Source: a virus. From it: a stretch of 64,000 bases of DNA. The notes below the pieces were generated by a model. The model had not been told where the DNA came from. It did no database searches and saw only the letters and a program-made list of their open reading frames with translations. Shown in pieces: positions 48,521 to 57,690 of the stretch. Numbering within the stretch: position 1 is the first letter of the stretch; each line of letters starts with the position of its first letter. The position numbers and the translations under genes are program-made. Where the stretch lies: positions 1 through 64,000 of IMG/VR virus record IMGVR_UViG_3300030012_002528; one strand, 5' to 3'.

Positions 48521-49060
48521 ATGGGATACGTAGCAAACTACACAAAAGAAAGCATTGATTACCGAGAAGACTTAGCACTACTAAGAGTGATAGGTGTACC
48601 ACTAAAGTATAATGAAGAGAAGGGTTGGGAATGCATAATTGAGGATTCTGAATTTACTTACGATTTAAGCCATACTACAGATGACAAATGGCAGTCAGTA
48701 GATTCAATATATAAGTCTTGGAGATGTGTCTTCTTTATTGCGAGAGAAGTATGTACTTCCATAGGGAGTGCAACACACAGAATATCTTCTTTAAAAGAAT
48801 CTTTAGCAGAAGCCTTACTGCATCACGATAAAATTATGGTAATGGATTGTGCCAAACGTCTTGCAATGGAAAAATCAAAAGTAACAGATGCAAAGGTTCT
48901 ACGTGAACGATTGATGCACTATTACGAATTTGATTTAGGTAATAACCTCATTAGTGAGTTAGAGTTGGACAAGTTAATTAAATTGTACTTGACAAATGAT
49001 GCCGAGAGGATAGCATTCCTTGATAGTTACATAGAGTACTTAATTGAGATAAACGCTTAG
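48521..49060 (+). CDS. hypothetical protein
   Basis: ATG at 48521 preferred because the track start overlaps the promoter. Confidence 0.6.
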   Translation: MGYVANYTKESIDYREDLALLRVIGVPLKYNEEKGWECIIEDSEFTYDLSHTTDDKWQSVDSIYKSWRCVFFIAREVCTSIGSATHRISSLKESLAEALLHHDKIMVMDCAKRLAMEKSKVTDAKVLRERLMHYYEFDLGNNLISELELDKLIKLYLTNDAERIAFLDSYIEYLIEINA

Positions 49061-49062
49061 AG

Positions 49063-49260
49063 ATGCAGAGTAACGAATACGTAATTTACGACAGAGCAAA
49101 CGATAGAATGCTACGTTTTGAGGAGAGTGGAGAGGTAATCATCTTTGGCAACAAGCAAGAAGCAATTGATGACTTGTACGGAAACGAAGAGGTTGTAGCG
49201 ATTGCAGACTTGTCAAACGATAATAAACAAATTATCTTAAAACAAATCGAAAATGAGTGA
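49063..49260 (+). CDS. hypothetical protein
   Basis: 65 aa ORF. Confidence 0.55.
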   Translation: MQSNEYVIYDRANDRMLRFEESGEVIIFGNKQEAIDDLYGNEEVVAIADLSNDNKQIILKQIENE

Positions 49261-49444
49261 GGTATTGATGGACAACTTTGGATTGGAGTGGAAGACTAGC
49301 AAAGGAGAGATAACCTATGGCGATTGGGCATACAATTGGGATAGTGGCGATGTGGTAGGTGTAGATGAAGATGATGATTTATATCTAAGAAATGAAACTT
49401 GCACAAAGGTAGTTCCGTTTGATGAAGCAAATGATTGGTTTTAA
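49253..49444 (+). CDS. hypothetical protein
   Basis: 63 aa ORF. Confidence 0.55.
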   Translation: MSEVLMDNFGLEWKTSKGEITYGDWAYNWDSGDVVGVDEDDDLYLRNETCTKVVPFDEANDWF

Positions 49445-49454
49445 TTAAAAAGAA

Positions 49455-49679
49455 ATGGAAGAGAATAGATTAATAGCAGAATTTATGGACGTTAATCTCA
49501 TTGAAGGTCAACGTGGAGACTACCACACCTCATGGGATTGGTTGATTCCCGTAGTGGAGAAGTGTTTTCAAGAAGAAGGTAAACACTACGTCATTAACGA
49601 TGCACTACTAACCATCAACATAGATGAAGTTCACGAAGCAGTCGTGAAATTTATTAAGGAATACAATAAGAAATCGTGA
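49455..49679 (+). CDS. WDWLMPV-family paralog 3 (minimal)
   Basis: Same blocks with the shortest linkers. Confidence 0.75.
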   Translation: MEENRLIAEFMDVNLIEGQRGDYHTSWDWLIPVVEKCFQEEGKHYVINDALLTINIDEVHEAVVKFIKEYNKKS

Positions 49680-49990
49680 AAGAAAATAAACTAATTGCAG
49701 ACTTTATGGGTGTGCAATACAAGTCAGATGAAGACTACTTTAAAGAGTTGGCAGAGATGCGAGAAGATGGTATCTTCTACGAGCAAGGATATATGGAGAG
49801 TCAACTCAACTACCACGAGTCTTGGGATTGGTTAATGCCTGTAGTAGGTAAAATAACACGAGATGAAAAGTATTGGGAGAACGAATACCGAGAGTATCTA
49901 ATGGATATTATTCCTTACGCAATCATAGAAGATGTCTACGATGCAGTAGTAGGATTTATCAAAAATTGTGTATCTTTAGAGAAAGAATAG
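49676..49990 (+). CDS. WDWLMPV-family paralog 4
   Basis: Same blocks. Confidence 0.75.
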   Translation: MKENKLIADFMGVQYKSDEDYFKELAEMREDGIFYEQGYMESQLNYHESWDWLMPVVGKITRDEKYWENEYREYLMDIIPYAIIEDVYDAVVGFIKNCVSLEKE

Positions 49991-49992
49991 AG

Positions 49993-50484
49993 ATGAATAT
50001 ATTTGTACTACATAAAGACCCAATTGTATCTGCAAAGATGCATTGCGACAAGCACGTACCTAAGATGGTCGTGGAGTTATATCAGCAGATAGGCTCTGCC
50101 TTGCGTAGGTATGGTGCAACAGATGATGTTATGCCGACAACCAAAGGTGGTACGCCATTGAAAGGTGGCTACCACAATCATCCTTGTACACGATGGGTAG
50201 GAGATAGCCGAGATAATTTTAGATGGGCAGTACAACATGGGTTAGCGTTGTGCGAGGAATTTAAACTTAGATACAATAAACCTCACTACTGCGAGGATGG
50301 TATCCGTATGATGGGAGAGTTGGCAGACTTGATTCCTCAAGGGGAGTTGACTGAGTTTGCTCAAGCAATGCCCGATGAATGCAGACAACCAAGTGCAGTA
50401 CTTGCGTATCGTATCTACTACAAAGTAGATAAGTCACGCTTTGCTAAGTGGGAGAGAGGAAGAGAAGCACCGAGTTGGTGGTAA
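49993..50484 (+). CDS. pyrimidine-dimer glycosylase (DenV)-like protein
   Basis: MNIFVL..DP...HCDKH..KM..E..Q, HNHPCT.W, AMPDE, AYR.YY. Confidence 0.7.
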   Translation: MNIFVLHKDPIVSAKMHCDKHVPKMVVELYQQIGSALRRYGATDDVMPTTKGGTPLKGGYHNHPCTRWVGDSRDNFRWAVQHGLALCEEFKLRYNKPHYCEDGIRMMGELADLIPQGELTEFAQAMPDECRQPSAVLAYRIYYKVDKSRFAKWERGREAPSWW

Positions 50485-50506
50485 TGTTAATTTTAAATAA
50501 AAAGAA

Positions 50507-50824
50507 ATGACTGATAAGTTAGTTAATTCGCTATGGGAAGCGATAGAAAGAGAAGGATATTTTAAAGAAGATGTTTTAAGTTCGTCACGTAAGCGTGAGT
50601 TTGTAGATGTTCGTGTTGCTTTATCCCAATTACTTTATTATAGATTAGGACTTACGCAGTACAAAATTGCACTAATTCTTAATCGCCATGAGCATTCTAC
50701 TATAAATCATTATGTCAATCACATGGATGAGAGAGATAATTTTGATTACAAAGAACTGACAAGGGTACTCAATAGAGTTGTAGACAAATACGAGGAACAC
50801 ATTGAAAAATTTCAGTACGCATGA
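50507..50824 (+). CDS. DnaA domain-IV-like HTH protein 1
   Basis: SSRKREFVDVR...KIA..LNRHEHSTINH. Confidence 0.7.
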   Translation: MTDKLVNSLWEAIEREGYFKEDVLSSSRKREFVDVRVALSQLLYYRLGLTQYKIALILNRHEHSTINHYVNHMDERDNFDYKELTRVLNRVVDKYEEHIEKFQYA

Positions 50825-51192
50825 AAAGTAATTTAGTTGATGAACTTTGGCAAGTCGTTGAGAATCAAGGATTTAACAAAGAAGAAATTGTAGGCAGTTC
50901 ACGTAAGCGTGACTTAGTTGATGTGCGAATAGCAATGGCTCACGTATTACATTTTAGAGTGGGAATGACTCAATCAAAGATAGCCAAGATACTTGGACTT
51001 GCAGACCACACTACTATCAATCATTATGTTAACAAATGTAAAGCACGTAATGATTATGATTATAGAATAATGATGAACGAGTTTGCAGAAGTTATTGAGA
51101 AGTATGAGGATGCTGAAATTTTAAATGAGATAAAAAAAGTTTGGAATAAGCATAAGGGAGGTATGTTAGATTTTTATCCACCAATAGACTAA
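50821..51192 (+). CDS. DnaA domain-IV-like HTH protein 2
   Basis: SSRKRDLVDVR...KIA..LG.ADHTTINH. Confidence 0.7.
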   Translation: MKSNLVDELWQVVENQGFNKEEIVGSSRKRDLVDVRIAMAHVLHFRVGMTQSKIAKILGLADHTTINHYVNKCKARNDYDYRIMMNEFAEVIEKYEDAEILNEIKKVWNKHKGGMLDFYPPID

Positions 51193-51193
51193 T

Positions 51194-51415
51194 ATGAAAG
51201 CACGATTAGATAAAAAAGACGAGCAACTAAAAGTTGCTAAACATTATCTTTTGGAAGCGAGGACTTCTATCCTCAAGGCAAATAAGATTGCAGAGAACTT
51301 ACACGAGGAAACTCAAAACGAATTAAATAAAAAAGTCATCTTATTGATTACTGAGATTGAGATGATGGAGAAGGCTTTTGAGTGGGAACTTGATGAAAGT
51401 TTTAACATTTCTTAA
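51194..51415 (+). CDS. hypothetical coiled-coil protein
   Basis: 73 aa ORF. Confidence 0.55.
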   Translation: MKARLDKKDEQLKVAKHYLLEARTSILKANKIAENLHEETQNELNKKVILLITEIEMMEKAFEWELDESFNIS

Positions 51416-51446
51416 CATTTGATGTCAAAAATAATCCATATATTTG
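51402..51446 (+). promoter_or_regulatory. TTAAC-box promoter
   Basis: TTAAC-N5-TTAAC-N22-TATATTTG. Confidence 0.75.
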
Positions 51447-51468
51447 TGTAAACAAATTATTAAATACT

Positions 51469-51906
51469 ATGAAACAAGTTTGGAAATTCAATGATGGAGG
51501 TAGAGCAGATGCAGGGTTCAAAGGACTCACAGGGGATTGTGGGGTTCGTGCTTTGGCTATCGCCTTGCAACTACCTTACAAAGAAGTCTATGACAAGGTT
51601 AATGAGTTCTGTAAAGAAGAGAAGCCGAGTAAGAGACGTAGAGGTAAGTCCTCTGCAAGAACAGGTATTCACACTCACACCTTTCATAAGATAACCGAAC
51701 ACTATGGATTAAAATGGATTCCTAAGATGACTATTGGTTCGGGGTGTACCACGCATCTTAGAGAAGACGAATTACCAAAGGGAAGGATTATATGTAGAGT
51801 GAGTAGACATTATACGGCAGTAGTTGACGGCACCATCAACGACACATATGATTGTTCAAGAGGAGGTACGAGAGCCGTATATGGATATTGGGTATTACCT
51901 TGTTAA
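51469..51906 (+). CDS. conserved phage protein (GDC.VRA family)
   Basis: GDCGVRA...H.TAVVDG...DTYD, a possible Cys-His-Asp papain-like triad. Confidence 0.55.
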   Translation: MKQVWKFNDGGRADAGFKGLTGDCGVRALAIALQLPYKEVYDKVNEFCKEEKPSKRRRGKSSARTGIHTHTFHKITEHYGLKWIPKMTIGSGCTTHLREDELPKGRIICRVSRHYTAVVDGTINDTYDCSRGGTRAVYGYWVLPC

Positions 51907-51947
51907 CATTTTTTAACAAACGATTAACAAGTAAATTATTAACTTAG
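51903..51947 (+). promoter_or_regulatory. TTAAC-box promoter
   Basis: TTAAC-N5-TTAAC-N22-TAACTTAG. Confidence 0.7.
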
Positions 51948-51963
51948 AGTAAAATTAGAAACT

Positions 51964-52470
51964 ATGGGATTAGATATGTATTTTTCAAGACGTACTTACG
52001 TTGGTAAATTAAAAAACACTAAAGATAGTGACGATAGGTGGAGTGAGCGAGATGTCAACAACATGGAACTTAAATTTGATGATGCTGACCTTTCGCACAT
52101 AAACCTAAAGAATGTTCGGTACATCGAAGAAGTCTTTGGAGAGTTTAGAAAGTTCAATGCTCTTCATGGATATGTAGTAGACAACTTTGCGAGTGGAGTA
52201 GACAACTGCCAAGTTATTTACTTAGATATAAATGAATTGATACAAATACACGAGATGTTATCTTTAGTTAAAGAGAGTCTTAGTATTGGGGATAAGGTTA
52301 TCGCAGGGCAAACACTACCACCACAAGAAGGTTTCTTCTTTGGTAGCACCGAGATAGATAAGTGGTACGAGCAAGATGTGAACGAAGCAGTTGAGGTGTT
52401 CGGTAAAATTATCGAAGAGCATTCGATTGTTGGTTACGATGCAAGTTATTCATATCAAGCGAGTTGGTAG
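51964..52470 (+). CDS. conserved phage protein (MGLDMY family)
   Basis: MGLDMY, RK.NALH, GFFFGS, YQASW. Confidence 0.65.
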   Translation: MGLDMYFSRRTYVGKLKNTKDSDDRWSERDVNNMELKFDDADLSHINLKNVRYIEEVFGEFRKFNALHGYVVDNFASGVDNCQVIYLDINELIQIHEMLSLVKESLSIGDKVIAGQTLPPQEGFFFGSTEIDKWYEQDVNEAVEVFGKIIEEHSIVGYDASYSYQASW

Positions 52471-52472
52471 TT

Positions 52473-52760
52473 ATGAAGTATGTATTACCTATTGATTACA
52501 CTAAACTACATTCAAGAGAACGTAGAAAAGTCAGAGAGCAATACATTTCAGAACAAAAAGGTAAGTGTTATTATTGTGGGGGTGATTTAAGTAAAGAGCC
52601 TCCACAATACATAACAGAGAAAGAAATCAATTGGGATTTATTTCCACCTAACTTTTTAAAGTATCCTGTTCACTTACAACACAATCACGATACAGGGATG
52701 ACAGAAGGTGCAGTACACGCTTATTGTAATGCAGTTATGTGGGAATACGAAGGAAGATAA
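52473..52760 (+). CDS. endonuclease VII-like HNH protein
   Basis: Q.GKCYYC...LQHNHDTG...H..CN. Confidence 0.6.
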   Translation: MKYVLPIDYTKLHSRERRKVREQYISEQKGKCYYCGGDLSKEPPQYITEKEINWDLFPPNFLKYPVHLQHNHDTGMTEGAVHAYCNAVMWEYEGR

Positions 52761-52762
52761 TT

Positions 52763-53068
52763 ATGAGTAAAAAACTTAAAACAGAGCAAGTAAAATTGCA
52801 ATTAGAGGTGCAGTCTAATGGAATTAACATTGTGTGTTGTGCTAACTGCGACACAATTCTACTGCACAGAATAAACGATAAGCATATCGTATGTCACGAT
52901 TGTGGGGAGCATATGGCACTGAATGATTGTTGTGACCTATACTATGAGGATATGCCTAACTCGTTCCCAATAAGGGACAAGGTAAAAGGGGGGATGCCTA
53001 TTCAACGTGATGCTATAAATGTATGGAGGAATAGTAATCCTAATGATGACTATATATTCTATCACTAG
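52763..53068 (+). CDS. Zn-ribbon protein
   Basis: CANC...CHDC. Confidence 0.55.
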   Translation: MSKKLKTEQVKLQLEVQSNGINIVCCANCDTILLHRINDKHIVCHDCGEHMALNDCCDLYYEDMPNSFPIRDKVKGGMPIQRDAINVWRNSNPNDDYIFYH

Positions 53069-53146
53069 TATGAATGATTTGATAGTATTGGCTATTTGCC
53101 TTTTTGTAACGTGGATTAGTTTAAGATAAATTAAAAATTAGAAATT

Positions 53147-53809
53147 ATGCCGAATTGGTGTTTAAATAGATTAGAAGTGTGTGGGACTAAAGAACATATG
53201 TCTGAGTTCTACAGAATAATTGACTTGAGTGGTGGTAACTTTTGTATGGAAAGTTTTATGCCGACTCCAAGAAAACAGACAGACAAGGGTGGAGAAGAAC
53301 TAAGAGATGATTGGTACGAATGGAGATGTTCTCATTGGGGTACTAAATGGGATGTAGATTCTATAAGTAGTTATGAGAATCAAAGAGATGATGATTACTA
53401 TTCAATAGGTTATGATACGGCTTGGTCACCTAACGTAGAGTTTATTTTAACTATCTCTAAAGCATTCCCTAACCTATCGTTTACTTTGGAGTATGAGGAA
53501 TGTGGTTGCCAAATCGCAGGAGAGGTTAAAATACAGAACGGAGAAGAGTTAGAACACACGCACCACCCTTACTATAGCGTATGGTTCAAGTTATTGGAAG
53601 ATAATAAGTTTGAGTTCGTAGAAATAACGATGGCTGATAATGGTAGTGGGGATATGTTGTATGATAACAATTACGAATGTTGTACTGAATTGGCTGATAG
53701 GTTGCCCGAAGCAATAGAAAACGTTACCTATGTAGATGAATTGCAAGGGTGTGGAGAAATAATTAACGAAAATGATTTGGATAAGTCACTGAATAGTCTT
53801 ATTTTGTAA
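53147..53809 (+). CDS. DUF1281/YubB-like ferredoxin-fold protein
   Basis: MPNWC, WYEWR..HWGTKWD, DTAWSP. Confidence 0.7.
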   Translation: MPNWCLNRLEVCGTKEHMSEFYRIIDLSGGNFCMESFMPTPRKQTDKGGEELRDDWYEWRCSHWGTKWDVDSISSYENQRDDDYYSIGYDTAWSPNVEFILTISKAFPNLSFTLEYEECGCQIAGEVKIQNGEELEHTHHPYYSVWFKLLEDNKFEFVEITMADNGSGDMLYDNNYECCTELADRLPEAIENVTYVDELQGCGEIINENDLDKSLNSLIL

Positions 53810-53829
53810 AAAGTTTAAAAATAGATACA

Positions 53830-54336
53830 ATGGAATTGCAAACACAATTAGGAAAAGAATTACTTAGTCTTGTGAATAGAACTGCGAATGATGCAGTGCT
53901 TGGCGAAAAGGTAAGAAATTTAGTAACAGAGTACGGACAAACGTGCGACTTTGACAAACCATCATATGGAGAGTCATTCGAATTGTTTATAGATAGTGTA
54001 TGGTACAATTGGGAATCAAACAGATGGATGTTGTTTGGGGAGAAGTTGGGTTGGCGAACAGGAGTTATCAGTCCATCTGAGAACGATAGTATGTTAGGTT
54101 GTTTTACTATTTCAGATGAACACGACAATCCTATTTGGTATTGTGAGATAGTTGGTGGGGATGATGTAGAACCTACACTATACTACAATCCTTACTACCG
54201 AACATTGGATGGTAAAGAACATCAGTTTGATTCTACAACTTCTTTTTGGACTGAGATACAAGACACGAAGAATGATTTAATTGAAATTGATATGTTCGTG
54301 AAGGAAGCAAACAAGCGTTTAAATAATTGTAAGTGA
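53830..54336 (+). CDS. hypothetical protein
   Basis: 168 aa ORF. Confidence 0.6.
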   Translation: MELQTQLGKELLSLVNRTANDAVLGEKVRNLVTEYGQTCDFDKPSYGESFELFIDSVWYNWESNRWMLFGEKLGWRTGVISPSENDSMLGCFTISDEHDNPIWYCEIVGGDDVEPTLYYNPYYRTLDGKEHQFDSTTSFWTEIQDTKNDLIEIDMFVKEANKRLNNCK

Positions 54337-54677
54337 TGATAGAGAATTTTATAGAGATAGAAGTTTTTAATTTTATTTTAGTTCCCACTACAAATGAGTG
54401 GGTGCTAGAAGCAAATTATTCAACGATAGCGCAGGGTGTCCTTAAAGATTTTAAGTACGGAGAAACGTCAGATAAAACTTTTAGAATAAAAGACGGCAAA
54501 GCACATATACTACAAGCAAAACTTTTCAAGGATGGAGATGTGTATAGGTTGTTGCTTAACCCATTGTACAGAAAAAATAAAAATAGTAAATTGCTTGTAG
54601 ATGAAATGACATCACACGAAATTGATGTTAATTTAATGACAGAGGAGGATTACTTTTCCTATTCTTTCGAAATATAA
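54333..54677 (+). CDS. hypothetical protein
   Basis: 114 aa ORF. Confidence 0.6.
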   Translation: MMIENFIEIEVFNFILVPTTNEWVLEANYSTIAQGVLKDFKYGETSDKTFRIKDGKAHILQAKLFKDGDVYRLLLNPLYRKNKNSKLLVDEMTSHEIDVNLMTEEDYFSYSFEI

Positions 54678-54678
54678 T

Positions 54679-54981
54679 ATGGATAAAATGATTGATGATT
54701 TTTTTACTTTTAATAAAGACTTTGAATTTAGTTTTGACCCTACATCGTTTAGTTTAAATGTGTGTCGTAAAATTTGCGATGCTTTAGATGAAGGTAAAGA
54801 CCAATGTGATATAGTATCCGTTGGTAAAGATGACTACGAGTTTAATATGATTGCAGAAGAGTCTGAGTTCTTAGACATACTTGAAAAGAATATATCAAGA
54901 GTTGAGGAAACAGAAGACTATGAATTGTGTGGAAGAATTCTATCTTGGATAAATAAATTAAAAGAAAATGGCAAAAGTTAA
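54679..54981 (+). CDS. protein with C-terminal UVR-like helix pair
   Basis: EETEDYELC..I. Confidence 0.5.
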   Translation: MDKMIDDFFTFNKDFEFSFDPTSFSLNVCRKICDALDEGKDQCDIVSVGKDDYEFNMIAEESEFLDILEKNISRVEETEDYELCGRILSWINKLKENGKS

Positions 54982-55105
54982 ATACGGAAGCGAAGCGTTG
55001 GCTACTCCTAAAAGGAAGCGTAAAGGTGTTCACGCCAAGAGTAAGAACTCTAAGCATAAGGGGGCTAAGTATTATGCTAAAAAATATAAAGGACAGGGGC
55101 GATGA
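54968..55105 (+). CDS. small basic protein (45 aa)
   Basis: Manual translation ...KRKRKGVHAKSK...KKYKGQGR. Confidence 0.6.
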   Translation: MAKVKYGSEALATPKRKRKGVHAKSKNSKHKGAKYYAKKYKGQGR

Positions 55106-55278
55106 AAAAATTAGGTAAAATAACAAGGTCAGCAATAATTAAAAGACTGATGAATGTGTTACCTAAAGAGTTGGCAGTAGAAGAAGACTTGGAATGCAGG
55201 GGTAATGAATCACTAAGTGATATGTATCTCATAGCCACAGGTCAATTATTTGAAGTTATAGAGAATGATGAAAATTAA
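55102..55278 (+). CDS. small hypothetical protein (58 aa)
   Basis: Manual translation; ATGA overlap. Confidence 0.5.
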   Translation: MKKLGKITRSAIIKRLMNVLPKELAVEEDLECRGNESLSDMYLIATGQLFEVIENDEN

Positions 55279-55702
55279 ACTGACATTTGTCTTTATCACG
55301 TTTTTTTGTTTATCAGTTTTTGGACAATTAAGCGAAGGTGTTTTTTATAAGGTAAAAAAAGTTGTAGATGGTGACACCTTTTGGTTGTACGATTCTGATT
55401 GGGATACTTATAAAGTAAGACTCATCGGTGTGAATACTCCCGAAGCCTACACATTTGAAAATGTAACAGAAGAAGTAGGAGGTAAAGAAGCATCTGCGTA
55501 CACGAGGTATTTAATAGAAGGAGAGTACGTGAGACTTGAATTTGATGTGGAAAAGTATGATAAGTATAACAGAGTTTTAGCGTATGTTTGGTTACACAAC
55601 GGAGAAATGCTAAATGCTAAACTTATAGAAAAAGGTCACGCTGAAGTGGTAAGGTATTATCCTAATGTAAAGTATTTTAATTACTTTAAGCGTTTGGAAT
55701 AA
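55265..55702 (+). CDS. thermonuclease (SNase-like) with signal peptide
   Basis: VVDGDT, VRLIGVNTPE, DKYNRVLAYV. Confidence 0.9.
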   Translation: MMKIKLTFVFITFFCLSVFGQLSEGVFYKVKKVVDGDTFWLYDSDWDTYKVRLIGVNTPEAYTFENVTEEVGGKEASAYTRYLIEGEYVRLEFDVEKYDKYNRVLAYVWLHNGEMLNAKLIEKGHAEVVRYYPNVKYFNYFKRLE

Positions 55703-55708
55703 CAATAT

Positions 55709-55782
55709 GCTCCCTTAGCTCAACGGGATAGAGCAACAGATTTCTAATCTGTAGGTTAAAGGTTCGAGTCCTTTAGGGAGTA
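55709..55782 (+). tRNA. tRNA-Arg(UCU)
   Basis: Acceptor GCTCCCT/AGGGAGT, anticodon arm ACAGA-TTTCTAA-TCTGT, GGTTCGAGTCC T-arm; CCA not encoded. Confidence 0.92.
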
Positions 55783-55795
55783 CTAAATTTATACT

Positions 55796-55966
55796 ATGAA
55801 AATTTCTAAATCAAATTTAATTATATTAGGTACGGCTGTTATAAGCCTTGTTTTTTCTGAATACTTTTACTTTACAGGTAATGTAGAACAAGCGATGTTC
55901 GTAGGGCAGTGGGTTCCTTCCATCTTATGTGCAGGAGTCTACTTTAACATTCTAAAAAATAAGTGA
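55796..55966 (+). CDS. small two-TM protein (56 aa)
   Basis: Manual translation ...AMFVGQWVPSIL... Confidence 0.55.
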   Translation: MKISKSNLIILGTAVISLVFSEYFYFTGNVEQAMFVGQWVPSILCAGVYFNILKNK

Positions 55967-56160
55967 TGGTAGAGTTACTTGCAGTATTCATCACCATAAT
56001 GTTCTCTTATGGTATTTACTCCCTAATGTCAGAGGGTGATACTGAGAATGACCCTGTTGGTGACATAGATTCAAGGTTTATTGGGAAGATGATTAGGTTC
56101 TTCTTGATGTTTATTTTTAGCATATTTACTATTGTAATAGTAGGTTATAATTTATTTTAA
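55963..56160 (+). CDS. small two-TM protein
   Basis: Two hydrophobic segments. Confidence 0.5.
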   Translation: MMVELLAVFITIMFSYGIYSLMSEGDTENDPVGDIDSRFIGKMIRFFLMFIFSIFTIVIVGYNLF

Positions 56161-56164
56161 TACT

Positions 56165-56590
56165 ATGAAAAAGTTTTTTATATTTGTTGCAACAATGGTT
56201 ACACTAAATGTTTATGCACAAGACCAAGTTCCAATTGAGTTCTTGGTGGATGCAATGATTCACGTAGAGTCACGAGGGGATTCAACTGCGATTGGAGATG
56301 GAGGTAAAGCAGTAGGCGTATTACAGATACATCCTATCATGGTTCGTGAAGTGAATAGGATATTAGGGAAGAATGGTAGTAATGTTCGGTATACCTATGA
56401 TGATAGATATAGCGTAGAGAAGTCTAAAGAGATGTTCTATGTATGGAAAGAATACTATCACCCAAACTCTTCATACGAGAAGATAGCAAGGTGCTGGAAT
56501 GGTGGAACGAATGGGCATATGTTTTATTGTACCAATCGTTATTGGAGAAAGGTAAGTGACCAATTGGAAACTTTAGCAATGGTAGACTAA
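56165..56590 (+). CDS. lysozyme-like/lytic transglycosylase with signal peptide
   Basis: VES, AVGVLQI, AR.WNGG, YW.KV. Confidence 0.75.
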   Translation: MKKFFIFVATMVTLNVYAQDQVPIEFLVDAMIHVESRGDSTAIGDGGKAVGVLQIHPIMVREVNRILGKNGSNVRYTYDDRYSVEKSKEMFYVWKEYYHPNSSYEKIARCWNGGTNGHMFYCTNRYWRKVSDQLETLAMVD

Positions 56591-56778
56591 TGAAATATAA
56601 AGTAATAGTAGACGGAGTAGAAAGATATCTAAGTAGTTTAGATGTGGATTGGATGGTGTCAAGGGAATATGTTAAGTTCCGTTACGACCATTATGAGTCT
56701 CACGATGATAGCGTGGATATGGTTTGTAAAAAGTTCAACCTAAAAAAAGAGTTGGTTGAACATATGGTTTTAAATTAA
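56590..56778 (+). CDS. hypothetical protein
   Basis: 62 aa coupled ORF. Confidence 0.5.
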   Translation: MKYKVIVDGVERYLSSLDVDWMVSREYVKFRYDHYESHDDSVDMVCKKFNLKKELVEHMVLN

Positions 56779-56783
56779 ATAAA

Positions 56784-57233
56784 ATGGGAGAGAAAAAAGA
56801 ACACACCCTTTTTGCAGATGGGTTTGATGATGCGATATTAGGATTTAGTCACGAATGGACTGAAACACCAAAGGTAGTTTATTCTAAATTAAAAATGGTG
56901 GAGGTTTGTGAGGAACAAGGCATGAGCGTAGAGGAAGCCATCGAATACTTAGAGTATAATGTGTGGGGTGCTTATGTCGGTGATGGAACTCCCATCTACG
57001 CTGATGACCTTGCAGGTACTAAGAGAGAGGACGTTGCGTACACTCTCGACCTATATATGGGTGGAGATGGTAGTGGATATAACCCTACCTTTCCTTTATG
57101 CCCTCCTGAGGACTCCCCACAACTTAGTGAGAGCGACTCCGATGGCAATACCACCGAGAAGGGGCAAACCCTTAAAGAAAACGACTCCACCGAGAACAGC
57201 CGAAGCAGTAGCGATGAAGATGTCAGAAGTTAA
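56784..57233 (+). CDS. conserved phage protein
   Basis: ADGFDDAILG...EEAIEY.EYNV.GAYVG..TP. Confidence 0.6.
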   Translation: MGEKKEHTLFADGFDDAILGFSHEWTETPKVVYSKLKMVEVCEEQGMSVEEAIEYLEYNVWGAYVGDGTPIYADDLAGTKREDVAYTLDLYMGGDGSGYNPTFPLCPPEDSPQLSESDSDGNTTEKGQTLKENDSTENSRSSSDEDVRS

Positions 57234-57330
57234 TACCGATTTAATTTTATCTGTGATTTTCATGTTGTTATTTTTTTAATAATTTCATTTAAAAGTACTA
57301 ATTTTATTTGAATTAAACAAATATGTTACA

Positions 57331-57690
57331 ATGTATAAAAAGAGTAAATTTGGAAGACTAAGAAAACATAATTTGAAACCTTTAATTGAAAGCAAAGTAC
57401 CATTGGTTGTTTGCGAACAGGAGGAAACAAGGTTTACAGGTTACAATGTTAGACCTATAGATGTTTTCGTAGCATTCCCAAAAAAATACACAAGCATGGT
57501 TGAAAGCCCTTTAAAAGTAAAAGACCCTAATAGGAAAGACCTTGTTATACTGCCCCTGTCAGTAGTAGACAAGGCATATTTTGAAGAAAACTTAAATAAA
57601 TTTAATAAGTCTTATGAAACAGCAGGAGAGAGAGTATATGAAACTTCATACAAATCACTCAAAGAATACCTCAACAAAGGAAAGGTTTGA
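57331..57690 (+). CDS. hypothetical protein
   Basis: 119 aa ORF. Confidence 0.55.
   Translation: MYKKSKFGRLRKHNLKPLIESKVPLVVCEQEETRFTGYNVRPIDVFVAFPKKYTSMVESPLKVKDPNRKDLVILPLSVVDKAYFEENLNKFNKSYETAGERVYETSYKSLKEYLNKGKV

Noticed and set aside
46539-49990. Diversity-generating retroelement
   Set aside because: No reverse transcriptase in the window, and differences are indel-rich rather than adenine-specific
55290-55300. Reverse-complement core TCTTTATCACG in the thermonuclease 5' end as an sRNA target
   Set aside because: Single 11-nt match in coding sequence without hairpin context; chance cannot be excluded
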